A DNA stretch of 64,000 nt from Bugula neritina (Eukaryota > Animalia > Bryozoa). The translations under genes and the position numbers were made by a program. Position 1 is the first letter of the stretch. Each line of letters begins with the position of its first letter. Positions 28,801-41,119 of the stretch are shown piece by piece. The stretch spans positions 18,834,567 through 18,898,566 of the forward strand of contig OZ037766.1 in NCBI GenBank assembly GCA_964035545.1. Direction: 5' to 3'. The notes below the pieces were generated by a model. It saw only the letters and a list, made by a program, of their open reading frames with translations. It had not been told where the DNA came from and made no database searches.

Positions 28801-30699
28801 GTATATTTCAGTATGTTACAGTGTATTTCAGTATGTTGCAGTGTATTTCAGTGTGTTACAGTATATTTCAGTATGTTACAGTATATTTCTTTATATTACA
28901 CTATATTTCAGTGAGATGCAGTGTAGTTCAGTGTGCTACAGCATATTTCAGTATGTTGCAGTGTTCTTCAATTTGTTACAGTACATTTCAGTATATTACC
29001 GTAAATTTAAGTTTGTTAAAGTTTATTCCGATGTGTTGCAGTGTATTTCAGTATGTTACAGTGTATTTCAGTATGTTGCAGTATTTTGCAATATATTTCA
29101 AATGTTACAGTGTATTTCAGTATGTTGCAGTATATTTCAGTATGATACAATAAGTTTCAGTATGTTTCAGTGGGTTACAGTATCTTTCAGTATGATACAG
29201 TGCGTTTTGGTGCGTTACAGTATATTTCAGTATGATACAGCGTATTTCAGTATGTTGCAAAGGTTTTCAATATGTTGCAGTATATTTTAGTATGTTGCAG
29301 TGTAATTCAGTATGTTGCAGTATATTTCAGTATGTTGTCGTATGTTTCAGTGTTTTACAGGACATTTCTGTATATTACAGTATACTTCAGTGTGATGCAG
29401 TGTATTTCAGTATGCTGCGATATGTTTAAATGTGTTACAGTATGTTTCAATAGTTTACCATATATTTCGGTATGTTGCAGTATATTTCAATGTGTTGCAC
29501 TGCATTTCAATATGTTACAGTATATTTCATTTTGTTGCAGTATTCTGCAGTATATTTCAGTAGTTTGCAACATATCTCAGTAGGTTACCATATATTTCGG
29601 TATGATGCAGCATATTTCAGTGTGTTACAGTGTATTTCAGTATGTTGCAGTATCTTGCAGTATATTTCAGTATGTAGCAGTATATTTCAGTATGTTGCAG
29701 TCTGTTTCAGTATATTACAGTATATTCCAGTATTTTGCAGTATGTTTCAGGGTGTTACAGTATATTCCATTATGTTGCAGTATGTTGCAGTATATTTCAG
29801 TAGTTTGCAACATATCTCAGTAGGTTACCATATATTTCGGTATGTTGCAGTATATTTCAATGTGCTGCAGTGTATTTCAATATGTTACAGTGTATTTCGG
29901 TATGTTGCAGTATGTTCTAGTATATTTCCGTATGTTACAGTGTATTTCAGTATGTTGCAGTGTATTTCAGTGTGTTACAGTATATTTCAGTATGTTACAG
30001 CACATTTCTTTGTATTACACTATATTTCAGTGAGTTGCAGTGTAGTTCAGTGCGCTACAGCATATCTGAGTATGTTGCAGTGTTTTTCAATTTGTTACAG
30101 TATACTTCAGTATATTACCGTATATTTAAGTATGTCAAAGTTTATTCCGATGTGTTGCAGTGTATTTCAGTATGTTTCAGTGTATTTCTGTATGTTGCAG
30201 TGTTTTGCAATATATTTCAAATGTTACAGTGTATTTCAGTGTGTTGCAGTATATTTCAGTATGATACAATAAGTTTCAGTATGTTGAAGTATATTTCATT
30301 GGGTTACAGTATATTTCAGTATGATACAGTGCATTTCGGTGAGTTACAGTATATTTCAGTATGATACAGCGTATTTCAGTATGTTTCAGTGTATTTCAGT
30401 ATACTTCAATATTTTTAGGTATATTTCAGTATGTTGAAGTATATTTTAGTATATTGCAGTGTCATTCAATATGTTACAGTGTATTTCAGTATGTTGCAGT
30501 ATGTTGCAGTGTATTTCAGTATGTTATGGTGTATTTCAGTATGTTTCAAAATTTTTAGGTATACTTCAGTATGTTGAATTATATTTTAGTATGTTGCAGT
30601 GTAATTCAGTATGTTGCAGTATGTTGCAGTGTATTTCAGTATGTTGCAGTGTATTTCAGTATGTTGCAGTATGTTGCAGTGTATTTCAGTATGTTACAG

Positions 30700-33600
30700 T
30701 GTATTTCAGTATGTTGCAGTATTTTGCAGTATATTTCAGTATGCTGCATTATATTTCAGTATGTTGCAGTATATTTCAGTATGTTGCAGTATGTTTTAGT
30801 ACTTTACAGTTCATTTCTGTATATTACAGTATACATCAGTATGTTGCAGTGTCCTTCAGTATGTTGCGATGTGTTTCAATGTGTTACAGTATATTTCAGT
30901 AGTTACCATATATTTCGGTATGTTGCAGTATATTTCAATGTGGTGCACTGTATTTCAATATGTTACTGTGTACTTCAGTATGTTGTAGTATGTTGCAGTG
31001 TATTTCAGTATGTTGCAGTGTATTTCAGTATGTTGCGGTATGTTCTAGTATATTTCAGTATGTTACAGTGTATTTCAGTATGTTGCAGTGTATTTCAGTG
31101 TGTTACAGTATATTTCAGTATGTTACAGTATATTTCTTTATATTACACTATATTTCAGTGAGTTGCAGTGTAGTTCAGTGTGCTACAGCATATTTCAGTA
31201 TGTTGCAGTGTTTTTCAATGTGTTACAGTACATTTCAGTATATTACCGTAAATTTAAGTATGTTAAAGTTTATTCCGATGTGTTGCAGTGTATTTCAGTA
31301 TGATACAGTGTATTTCAGTATGTTGCAGTGTTTTGCAATATATTTCAAATGTTACAGTGTATTTCAGTGTGTTGCAGTATATTTCAGTATGATACAATAA
31401 GTTCCAGTATGTTGAAGTATATTTCAGTGGGTTACAGTATATTTCAGTATGATACAGTGCATTTCGGTGCGTTACAGTATATTTCAGTATGATACAGCGT
31501 ATTTCAGTATGTTTCAGTGTATTTAGGTATACTTCAATATTTTTAGGTATATTTCAGTATGTTGAAGTATATTTTAGTATGTTGCAGTGTCATTCAATAT
31601 GTTACAGTGTATTTCAGTATGTTGCAGTATGTTGCAGTGTATTTCAGTATGTTATGGTGTATTTCAGTATGTTTCAAAATTTTTAGGTATACTTCAGTAT
31701 GTTGAATTATATTTTAGTATGTTGCAGTGTAATTCAGTATGTTGCAGTATATTTCAGTGTGTTGTCGTATGTTTTAGTATTTTACAGTACATTTCTGTAT
31801 ATTATAGTATACATCAGTGTGTTGCAGTGTACTTCAGTACGTTGCGGTGTGTTTCAATGTGTTACAGTATATTTCAGTAGTTTACCATATATTTCGGTAT
31901 GTTGCAGTATATTTCAATGTGGTGCACTGTATTTCAGTATGTCACTGTGTATTTCAGTATGTTGTAGTATGTTGTAATGTATTTCAGTATGTTGCAGTGT
32001 ATTTCAGTATGTTGCAGTATGTTGCAGTGTATTACAGTATGTTACAGTGTATTTCAGTATGTTGCAGTATTTTGCAGTATATTTCAGTATGCTGCATTAT
32101 ATTTCAGTATGTTGCAGTATATTTCAGTATGTTGCAGTATGTTTTAGTACTTTACAGTTCATTTCTGTATATTACAGTATACATCAGTATGTTGCAGTGT
32201 CCTTCAGTATGTTGCGATGTGTTTCAATGTGTTACAGTATATTTCAGTAGTTACCATATATTTCGGTATGTTGCAGTATATTTCAATGTGGTGCACTGTA
32301 TTTCAATATGTTACTGTGTACTTCAGTATGTTGTAGTATGTTGCAGTGTATTTCAGTATGTTGCAGTGTATTTCAGTATGTTGCAGTATGTTCTAGTATA
32401 TTTCAGTATGTTACAGTGTATTTCAGTATGTTGCAGTGTATTTCAGTGTGTTACAGTATATTTCAGTATGTTACAGTATATTTCTTTATATTACACTATA
32501 TTTCAGTGAGTTGCAGTGTAGTTCAGTGTGCTACAGCATATTTCAGTATGTTGCAGTGTTTTTCAATTTGTTACAGTACATTTCAGTATATTACCGTAAA
32601 TTTAAGTATGTTAAAGTTTATTCCGATGTGTTGCAGTGTATTTCAGTATGAAACAGTGTATTTCAGTATGTTGCAGTGTTTTGCAATATATTTCAAATGT
32701 TACAGTGTATTTCAGTGTGTTGCAGTATATTTCAGTATGATACAATAAGTTCCAGTATGTTGAAGTATATTTCAGTGGGTTACAGTATATTTCAGTATGA
32801 TACAGTGCATTTCGGTGCGTTACAGTATATTTCAGTATGATACAGCGTATTTCAGTATGTTTCAGTGTATTTAGGTATACTTCAATATTTTTAGGTATAT
32901 TCCAGTATGTTGAAGTATATTTTAGTATGTTGCAGTGTCATTCAATATGTTACAGTGTATTTCAGTATGTTGCAGTATGTTGCAGTGTATTTCAGTATGT
33001 TATGGTGTATTTCAGTATGTTTCAAAATTTTTAGGTATACTTCAGTATGTTGAATTATATTTTAGTATGTTGCAGTGTAATTCAGTATGTTGCAGTATAT
33101 TTCAGTGTGTTGTCGTATGTTTTAGTATTTTACAGTACATTTCTGTATATTATAGTATACATCAGTGTGTTGCAGTGTACTTCAGTACGTTGCGGTGTGT
33201 TTCAATGTGTTACAGTATATTTCAGTAGTTTACCATATATTTCGGTATGTTGCAGTATATTTCAATGTGGTGCACTGTATTTCAGTATGTCACTGTGTAT
33301 TTCAGTATGTTGTAGTATGTTGTAATGTATTTCAGTATGTTGCAGTGTATTTCAGTATGTTGCAGTATGTTGCAGTGTATTTCAGTATGTTACAGTGTAT
33401 TTCAGTATGTTGCAGTATTTTGCAGTATATTTCAGTATGCTGCATTATATTTCAGTATGCTGCAGTACATTTCAGTATGTTGCAGTATGTTTTAGTACTT
33501 TACAGTTCGTTTCTGTATATTACAGTATACATCAGTATGTTGCAGTGTCCTTCAGTATGTTGCGATGTGTTTCAATGTGTTACAGTATATTTCAGTAGTT

Positions 33601-33700
33601 ACCATATATTTCGGTATGTTGCAGTATATTTCAATGTGGTGCACTGTATTTCAATATGTTACTGTGTACTTCAGTATGTTGTAGTATGTTGCAGTGTATT
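30700..33700 (+). repeat. 1348-bp tandem units (also at about 36300-38450)
   Basis: AAGTTCCAGT at 31399/32747. ORF starts 30960/32308, 31489/32837, 36343/37691. Confidence 0.85.
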
Positions 33701-36700
33701 TCAGCATGTTGCAGTGTATTTCAGTATGTTTCAGTGTATTTCTGTATGTTGCAGTATATTTCAGTATGATACAATAAGTTTCAGTATGTTGAAGTATATT
33801 TCAGTGGGTTACAGTATATTTCAGTATGATACAGTGCATTTCGGTGCGTTACAGTATATTTCAGTATGATACAGCGTATTTCAGTATGTTTCAGTGTATT
33901 TCAGTATACTTCAATATTTTTAGGTATATTTCAGTATGTTGAAGTATATTTTAGTATATTGCAGTGTCATTCAATATGTTACAGTGTATTTCAGTATGTT
34001 GCAGTATGTTGCAGTGTATTTCAGTATGTTGCAGTGTATTTCAGTATGTTGCAGTATGTTCTAGTATATTTCAGTATGTTACAGTGTATTTCAGTATGTT
34101 GCAGTGTATTTCAGTGTGTTACAGTATATTTCAGTATGTTACAGTATATTTCTTTATATTACACTATATTTCAGTGAGTTGCAGTGTAGTTCAGTGTGCT
34201 ACAGCATATTTCAGTATGTTGCAGTGTTTTTCAATTTGTTACAGTACATTTCAGTATATTACCGTAAATTTAAGTATGTTAAAGTTTATTCCGATGTGTT
34301 GCAGTGTATTTCAGTATGATACAGTGTATTTCAGTATGTTGCAGTATTTTGCAATATATTTCAAATGTTACAGTGTATTTCGGTATGTTGCAGTATATTT
34401 CAGTATGATACAGCGTATTTCAGTATGTTTCAGTGTATTTCAGTATGCTTCAATCTTTTTAAGTATATTTCAGTATGTTGAAGTATATTTCAGTGGGTTA
34501 CAGTATATTTCAGTATGATACAGTGCGTTTCGGTGCGTTACAGTATATTTCAGTATGATACAGCGTATTTCAGTATGTTTCAGCGTATTTCAGTATGCTT
34601 CAATATTTTTAAGTATATTTCAGTATGTTGAAGTATATTTTAGTATGTTGCAGTGTAATTCAGTATGTTGCGGTATATTTCAGTATGTTGTCGTATGTTT
34701 CAGTGTTTTACAGGACATTTCTGTATATTACAGTATACTTGAGTGTGTTGCAGTGTATTTGAGTATGCTGCGATATGTTTAAATGTGTTACAGTATATTT
34801 CAGTAGTTTACCATATATTTCGGTATGTTGCAGTATATTTCAATGTGTTGCACTGCATTTCAATATGTTACAGTATATTTCATTTTGTTGCAGTATGTTG
34901 CAGTATATTTCAGTAGTTTGCAACATATCTCAGTAGGTTACCATATATTTCGGTATGATGCAGCATATTTCAGTATGTTACAGTGTATTTCAGTATGTTG
35001 CGGTATCTTGCAGTATATTTGAGTATGTAGCAGTATATTTCAGTATGCTGCAGTCTGTTTCAGTATATTACAGTATATTTCAGTATTCTGCAGTATGTCT
35101 CAGGGTGTTACAGTATATTTCATTATGTTGCAGTATGTTGCAGTATATTTCAGTAGTTTGCAACATATTTCTGTAGGTTACCATATATTTCGGTATGTTG
35201 CAGCATATTTCAATCTGTTGCAGTGTTTTCAGTATGTTGCAGTATATTTCAGTGGGTTATAGTATATTTCAGTATGATACAGCGTAGTTCAGTATGTTGC
35301 AAAGGTTTTCAATATGTTGCAGTATATTTAAGTATGCTGCAGTATGTTTCAGTGGGTTACAGTATATTTCATTATGTTGCAGTATGTTGCAGTATATTTC
35401 AGTAGTTTGCAACATATTTCAGTAGGATACCATATATTACGGTATGTTGCAGTATATTTCAATGTGTTGCAGCGTATTTCAATATGTTACAGTGTTTTTC
35501 AGTATGTTGCAGTATGTTGCAGTGTATTTCAGTATGTTATGGTGCATTTCAGTATGTTTCAAAATTTTTAGGTATATTTCAGTATGTTGAAGTATATTTT
35601 AGTATGTTGCAGTGTAATTCAGTATGTTGTCGTATGTTTTAGTATTTTACAGTAAATTTCTGTATATTGCAGTATACATCAGTGTGTTGCAGTGTATTTG
35701 AGTATGCTGCGATATGTTTAAATGTGTTACAGTATATTTCAGTAGTTTACCATATATTTCGGTATGTTGCAGTATATTTCAATGTGTTGCACTGCATTTC
35801 AATATGTTACAGTATATTTCATTTTGTTGCAGTATGTTGCAGTATATTTCAGTAGTTTGCAACATATCTCAGTAGGTTACCATATATTTCGGTATGTTGC
35901 AGTATATTTCAATGTGCTGCAGTGTATTTCAATATGTTGCAGTGTATTTCAGTGTGTTACAGTATATTTCAGTATGTTACAGCACATTTCTTTGTATTAC
36001 ACTATATTTCAGTGAGTTGCAGTGTAGTTCAGTGTGCTACAGCATATCTGAGTATGTTGCAGTGTTTTTCAATTTGTTACAGTATATTTCAGTATATTAC
36101 CGTATATTTAAGTATGTCAAAGTTTATTCCGATGTGTTGCAGTGTATTTCAGTATGTTTCAGTGTATTTCTGTATGTTGCAGTGTTTTGTAATATATTTC
36201 AAATGTTACAGTGTATTTCAGTGTGTTGCAGTATATTTCAGTATGATACAATAAGTTTCAGTATGTTGAAGTATATTTCATTGGGTTACAGTATATTTCA
36301 GTATGATACAGTGCATTTCGGTGCGTTACAGTATATTTCAGTATGATACAGCGTATTTCAGTATGTTTCAGTGTATTTCAGTATACTTCAATATTTTTAG
36401 GTATATTTCAGTATGTTGAAGTATATTTTAGTATATTGCAGTGTCATTCAATATGTTACAGTGTATTTCAGTATGTTGCAGTATGTTGCAGTGTATTTCA
36501 GTATGTTATGGTGTATTTCAGTATGTTTCAAAATTTTTAGGTATACTTCAGTATGTTGAATTATATTTTAGTATGTTGCAGTGTAATTCAGTATGTTGCA
36601 GTATATTTCAGTGTGTTGTCGTATGTTTTAGTATTTTACAGTACATTTCTGTATATTACAGTATACATCAGTGTGTTGCAGTGTACTTCAGTACGTTGCG

Positions 36701-38452
36701 GTGTGTTTCAATGTGTTACAGTATATTTCAGTAGTTTACCATATATTTCGGTATGTTGCAGTATATTTCAATGTGGTGCACTGTATTTCAGTATGTCACT
36801 GTGTATTTCAGTATGTTGTAGTATGTTGTAATGTATTTCAGTATGTTGCAGTGTATTTCAGTATGTTGCAGTATGTTGCAGTGTATTTCAGTATGTTACA
36901 GTGTATTTCAGTATGTTGCAGTATTTTGCAGTATATTTCAGTATGCTGCATTATATTTCAGTATGTTGCAGTATATTTCAGTATGTTGCAGTATGTTTTA
37001 GTACTTTACAGTTCATTTCTGTATATTACAGTATACATCAGTATGTTGCAGTGTCCTTCAGTATGTTGCGATGTGTTTCAATGTGTTACAGTATATTTCA
37101 GTAGTTACCATATATTTCGGTATGTTGCAGTATATTTCAATGTGGTGCACCGTATTTCAATATGTTACTGTGTACTTCAGTATGTTGTAGTATGTTGCAG
37201 TGTATTTCAGTATGTTGCAGTGTATTTCAGTATGTTGCAGTATGTTCTAGTATATTTCAGTATGTTACAGTGTATTTCAGTATGTTGCAGTGTATTTCAG
37301 TGTGTTACAGTATATTTCAGTATGTTACAGTATATTTCTTTATATTACACTATATTTCTGTGAGTTGCAGTGTAGTTCAGTGTGCTACAGCATATTTCAG
37401 TATTTTGCAGTGTTTTTCAATTTGTTACAGTACATTTCAGTATATTACCGTAAATTTAAGTATGTTAAAGTTTATTCCGATGTGTTGCAGTGTATTTCAG
37501 TATGATACAGTGTATTTCAGTATGTTGCAGTGTTTTGCAATATATTTTAAATGTTACAGTGTATTTCAGTGTGTTGCAGTATATTTCAGTATGATACAAT
37601 AAGTTCCAGTATGTTGAAGTATATTTCAGTGGGTTACAGTATATTTCAGTATGATACAGTGCATTTCGGTGCGTTACAGTATATTTCAGTATGATACAGC
37701 GTATTTCAGTATGTTTCAGTGTATTTAGGTATACTTCAATATTTTTAGGTATATTTCAGTATGTTGAAGTATATTTTAGTATGTTGCAGTGTCATTCAAT
37801 ATGTTACAGTGTATTTCAGTATGTTGCAGTATGTTGCAGTGTATTTCAGTATGTTATGGTGTATTTCAGTATGTTTCAAAATTTTTAGGTATACTTCAGT
37901 ATGTTGAATTATATTTTAGTATGTTGCAGTGTAATTCAGTATGTTGCAGTATATTTCAGTGTGTTGTCGTATGTTTTAGTATTTTACAGTACATTTCTGT
38001 ATATTATAGTATACATCAGTGTGTTGCAGTGTACTTCAGTACGTTGCGGTGTGTTTCAATGTGTTACAGTATATTTCAGTAGTTTACCATATATTTCGGT
38101 ATGTTGCAGTATATTTCAATGTGGTGCACTGTATTTCAGTATGTCACTGTGTATTTCAGTATGTTGTAGTATGTTGTAATGTATTTCAGTATGTTGCAGT
38201 GTATTTCAGTATGTTGCAGTGTATTTCAGTATGTTACAGTGTATTTCAGTATGTTGCAGTATTTTGCAGTATATTTCAGTATGCTGCATTATATTTCAGC
38301 ATGCTGCAGTATATTTCAGTATGTTGCAGTATGTTTTAGTACTTTACGGTTCATTTCTGTATATTACAGTATACATCAGTATGTTGCAGTGTCCTTCAGT
38401 ATGTTGCGATGTGTTTCAATGTGTTACAGTATATTTCAGTAGTTACCATATA

Positions 38453-38618
38453 CACAGTTAGTTTAAGGTCATTACTTTCCAGATGCAGGCACTGCTTTAT
38501 GTTATATATAAACGGTTTCCAGGGGATAGCTCGAACAGTTTTTGTCTCACATTAACAAATTTTACATGAAAAGATAGCTCTTGCATTCCTCTTTCATATA
38601 CTTTTTTAATTTTTCAAT
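38453..38618 (+). repeat. Left terminal and subterminal inverted repeat of the transposon
   Basis: Perfect 19-bp TIR, then blocks TGCTTTATGTT (38493-38503), GATAGCTCGAACAG (38525-38538), ATGAAAAGATA (38566-38576) and ATATACTTTTTTA (38596-38608), each with an exact inverted partner at the right end. Confidence 0.9.
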
Positions 38619-39348
38619 AAAAAATTTTCTGAGAAAGTTGTTGCATAATAAGTAAAATTTTACACCCTCCATGTTCTACTGCTGTAGCACAGGGGATTCA
38701 TTTTATAAAGTCTAAAAGTTAAACTTGACATTCCTTAATATGTTTTCTCTAATATACTTTCTTTGTTTTTTGAAATTCTGTTTATGCTCTTCACAATTTG
38801 GTAAAAACATACACCATTTTGCAAGTTTCACTGCAATTATCTAAATTCTTCATATGGTGGTTCTAGCTACGCTCCTGTGACTAATTATAACATTCCTAGT
38901 ACGTTTGCCGCTCTGCGCTATCACAATAACATATAGTACCCTCTCGCACAAATTGGCAATCTATTGGATTTCTGCCAATATAATGTTCCCTGTTTTACAT
39001 TAGCACTTAGCTGAATCATCTCACTATGTTACAATCTATTGACAATGCCTCAGCACAACATAATTCTTTGTTTGTTTGGCAGAGTTAATTTCAGCTAAAT
39101 CACTTCACTTTGCAGTCTTGTCAGTAAAGGTCTGTCTATAGTGCAGCAGTTGTACTTCCAGTTTCTCTAATTCACATATGATTATTTTAAGTACATTGTA
39201 TTCTATAAGATCAATTTAAAGTTTAGCCCAGTGTTCAGTAGCTAAGTATTATGCATGTATGTTGTCTTACTGTTGAACAAAAGTTAAAAAAAAACTTTAC
39301 AATTATAGCCATATTTATTATACATGCGTAGGATTTGCATAAATTGAC

Positions 39349-39357
39349 AAAAAAAAA
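39349..39357 (-). terminator. Putative Pol III terminator (T9) directly after the tRNA-like unit
   Basis: A9 run on + (T9 on -) abuts the 3' end of the tRNA-like sequence. Oligo-dT runs of about 4-6 or more are the established Pol III terminator. Confidence 0.5.
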
Positions 39358-39429
39358 TGCAGCATAATAGGATTGAACCATGACCAACCAGCTTCTCGCT
39401 GACGCCTTTAACCTCTAGACCACGCAGTC
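39358..39429 (-). pseudogene. Degenerate tRNA-derived sequence (tRNA pseudogene or SINE-head-like) with Pol III A and B boxes
   Basis: Minus strand reads GACTGCG TG GTCT AGAGGTTAA AGGC G TCAGC GAGAA GCTGG TTGGT CATGG TTCAATC CTATT ATGCTGC A. A box TGGTCTAGAGG (39412-39422) and B box GGTTCAATCC (39370-39379) are at tRNA-like spacing. D stem pairs 4/4, anticodon stem 5/5, T stem 4/5 (G-U allowed). The acceptor stem does not pair and the anticodon loop is only 5 nt, so it is not a functional tRNA. Confidence 0.72.
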
Positions 39430-40401
39430 ACCGTTAATAAATTGTCAACTATATGAGTAACTATGAGTACATAAATATTTTGCGCGCAAATGGGTTATAA
39501 TTATTAGGCTGTCAATTCATGTTGATAGCAGTCAACTGTTGCAATAGTCTCGGGTTACTAGCAAAGCTAATGGTTTTGAACAAATAACCCAAAAGTTTAA
39601 AAATAAGTAGCTTGCGTATTACTAGCTACAAAAACAGGTCTGAAATAGACTGGTAAAGCAAGCTCTTATTGTAGAGTTTGCAGATGTGCTCTAAAATAAA
39701 ACTTAAACTGTATGCTATTACATAAGTATTTGTATGCGAGAGATATAAATGGACATTACTGAGTTTCTGGAAAACAACATACTTGAAGTTAACTTTGACA
39801 ATGGTGTTTTCTTTTCATCATAGCTAGCCTATAGCATAAATCTCTAATCATATGAATCTTTATGAAGCCCACAGCTCATGTAAGGGTGGCAATGTAATTT
39901 GAAACGAACAATTATGTTGCTGCATTGTGTCTAAGGTATATTAGAGAGCAGAATTTGGTTTTACTAGCCTACCCCAACGGCATTCTACAATGCAGCTTAT
40001 ATGCTGGCAGTTGTAATAAGTACAGCCGATAGCAAGGTTACTATCACTGCTAGCTCTGTGCAGTATGTAACCTCTTGAATAATTGCGCCAGTTTTAAACT
40101 CTTGGAAGTTGGCCAAGTTATCATATCGCAGCCAGCCACCGGAAACAAAGCTTCAGAGCTATTCATATAATATTATACTGATGCACTTGGTAGCAGAGTG
40201 GCTAATCTAATATAGTTCATAGTTCAACACCCTTTACTTTGGGAATACAGCCTCTTTTTTTAGGTTTACCTTACAAAGCATGAACATATCTAAACTGATA
40301 TTCTGATAATTTAGAGGTACATTTTGAAAACTAGGTTAATTGCACTTGTTTGCACAACAACAATAATAAAATAGATATTATGCAGTATAATAAAAACACA
40401 C

Positions 40402-40447
40402 ATAATACTATATAATATATTATAATGATAATAATATAATATTATAA
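40402..40447. repeat. AT-rich low-complexity tract (TAA/ATA-like) inside the transposon
   Basis: ATAATACTATATAATATATTATAATGATAATAATATAATATTATAA, almost pure A/T. Confidence 0.8.
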
Positions 40448-40842
40448 GTACCATTACTGCATTTTATAAATCACATGGTTGCCAAAAAAATGTATCACAA
40501 ATTTTGTAATTATACATCAAAAATAGAACTATAGCTAGGCAGCAGGTTAGAATAGAGTAAATTTTTAAAACATGAAATCATGATTTGACTATTGTTTTAT
40601 TTAGGCCAACCAACCTAGGAGTACAAGATTGGGTTTTAGCTGACAGTTTATAACATTTAGCTTTTGAGCCAGCAGCACTGGCACTTGTGAAGTATAGGCA
40701 AAGTTAGTGAAGCGAGACTAACAAGCACTCAAATACAAGGCATATTTAGACACAATAACAAGTCAGGAGCGTATAAATTGAAAAGAATGTGGAAGGGGGA
40801 CTATGTTTTTCAACAAGCTATAACTTAAACATGAATTGGCTT

Positions 40843-41016
40843 TTGAAAAAAATAAAAAAGTATATTGGAGAACATAAGTTTCTTTATCTTTTCATATTTT
40901 TTTTGTTCCTGTGACATTCAACCTGTTCGAGCTATCAGTGGAACATTGTTCATATAGAACATAAAGCACCTGGCAAAGAGCCAGAAAATGAAAAGTGTGA
41001 CCTTAAACTAACTGTG
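40843..41016 (-). repeat. Right terminal and subterminal inverted repeat of the transposon
   Basis: TAAAAAAGTATAT (40853-40865), TATCTTTTCAT (40885-40895), CTGTTCGAGCTATC (40923-40936), AACATAAAGCA (40958-40968) and the TIR (40998-41016) are collinear reverse complements of the left-end blocks. Confidence 0.9.
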
Positions 41017-41119
41017 TATTTCGGTATGTTGCAGTATATTTCAATGTGGTGCACTGTATTTCAATATGTTACTGTGTACTTCAGTATGTTGTAGTATGTT
41101 GCAGTGTATTTCAGTATGT

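Larger units (their letters stand above)
1..38452 (+). repeat. Satellite A, left arm: tandem array of 10-bp monomers (CAGTATGTTG/CAGTATGTTA alternating with CAGTATATTT/CAGTGTATTT, 20-bp dimer)
   Basis: 10-bp periodicity is directly visible as aligned columns in the sequence. The consensus dimer CAGTATGTTGCAGTATATTT is 30% GC and T-rich on +. The array continues past the left edge of the window. Confidence 0.99.
38453..41016. mobile_element. Non-autonomous TIR DNA transposon (2564 bp) with TA target-site duplication
   Basis: Left end CACAGTTAGTTTAAGGTCA (38453-38471) is the exact reverse complement of right end TGACCTTAAACTAACTGTG (40998-41016). Paralogous empty satellite sites read AGTTACCATATATTTCGG (e.g. 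33597); here the site reads AGTTACCATATA[element]TATTTCGG, so one extra TA. The track shows no ORF of 60 aa or more inside. Superfamily is unresolved: TA TSD fits Tc1/mariner, CAC..GTG ends with a 2-bp TSD also fit CMC/EnSpm-like elements. Confidence 0.95.

Noticed and set aside
38952-38979. Hairpin ATTGGCA...TGCCAAT as a nested element or Helitron end
   Set aside because: Only a 7-bp stem, with no TSD and no CTRR terminus at a suitable distance.
39358-39429. Functional tRNA gene (e.g. Ser-AGA)
   Set aside because: The acceptor stem is unpaired, U33 is absent and the anticodon loop is non-canonical; kept only as a tRNA-derived sequence.
39997-40152. Short minus-strand open stretch in the transposon (SFVSGGWLRYDNLANFQEFKTGAIIQEV..., about 51 codons) as a possible gene or transposase remnant
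   Set aside because: Bounded by stops, no start codon and no motif I can recognise. A BLASTX or HMM hit would be needed to revive it.
41011-41022. Right transposon end ACTGTG-TATTTC matches a satellite A variant (e.g. about 9050), suggesting the satellite derives from the TIR
   Set aside because: Only 6 bp of the element are involved and the rest of the TIR is unlike the monomer; consistent with chance.
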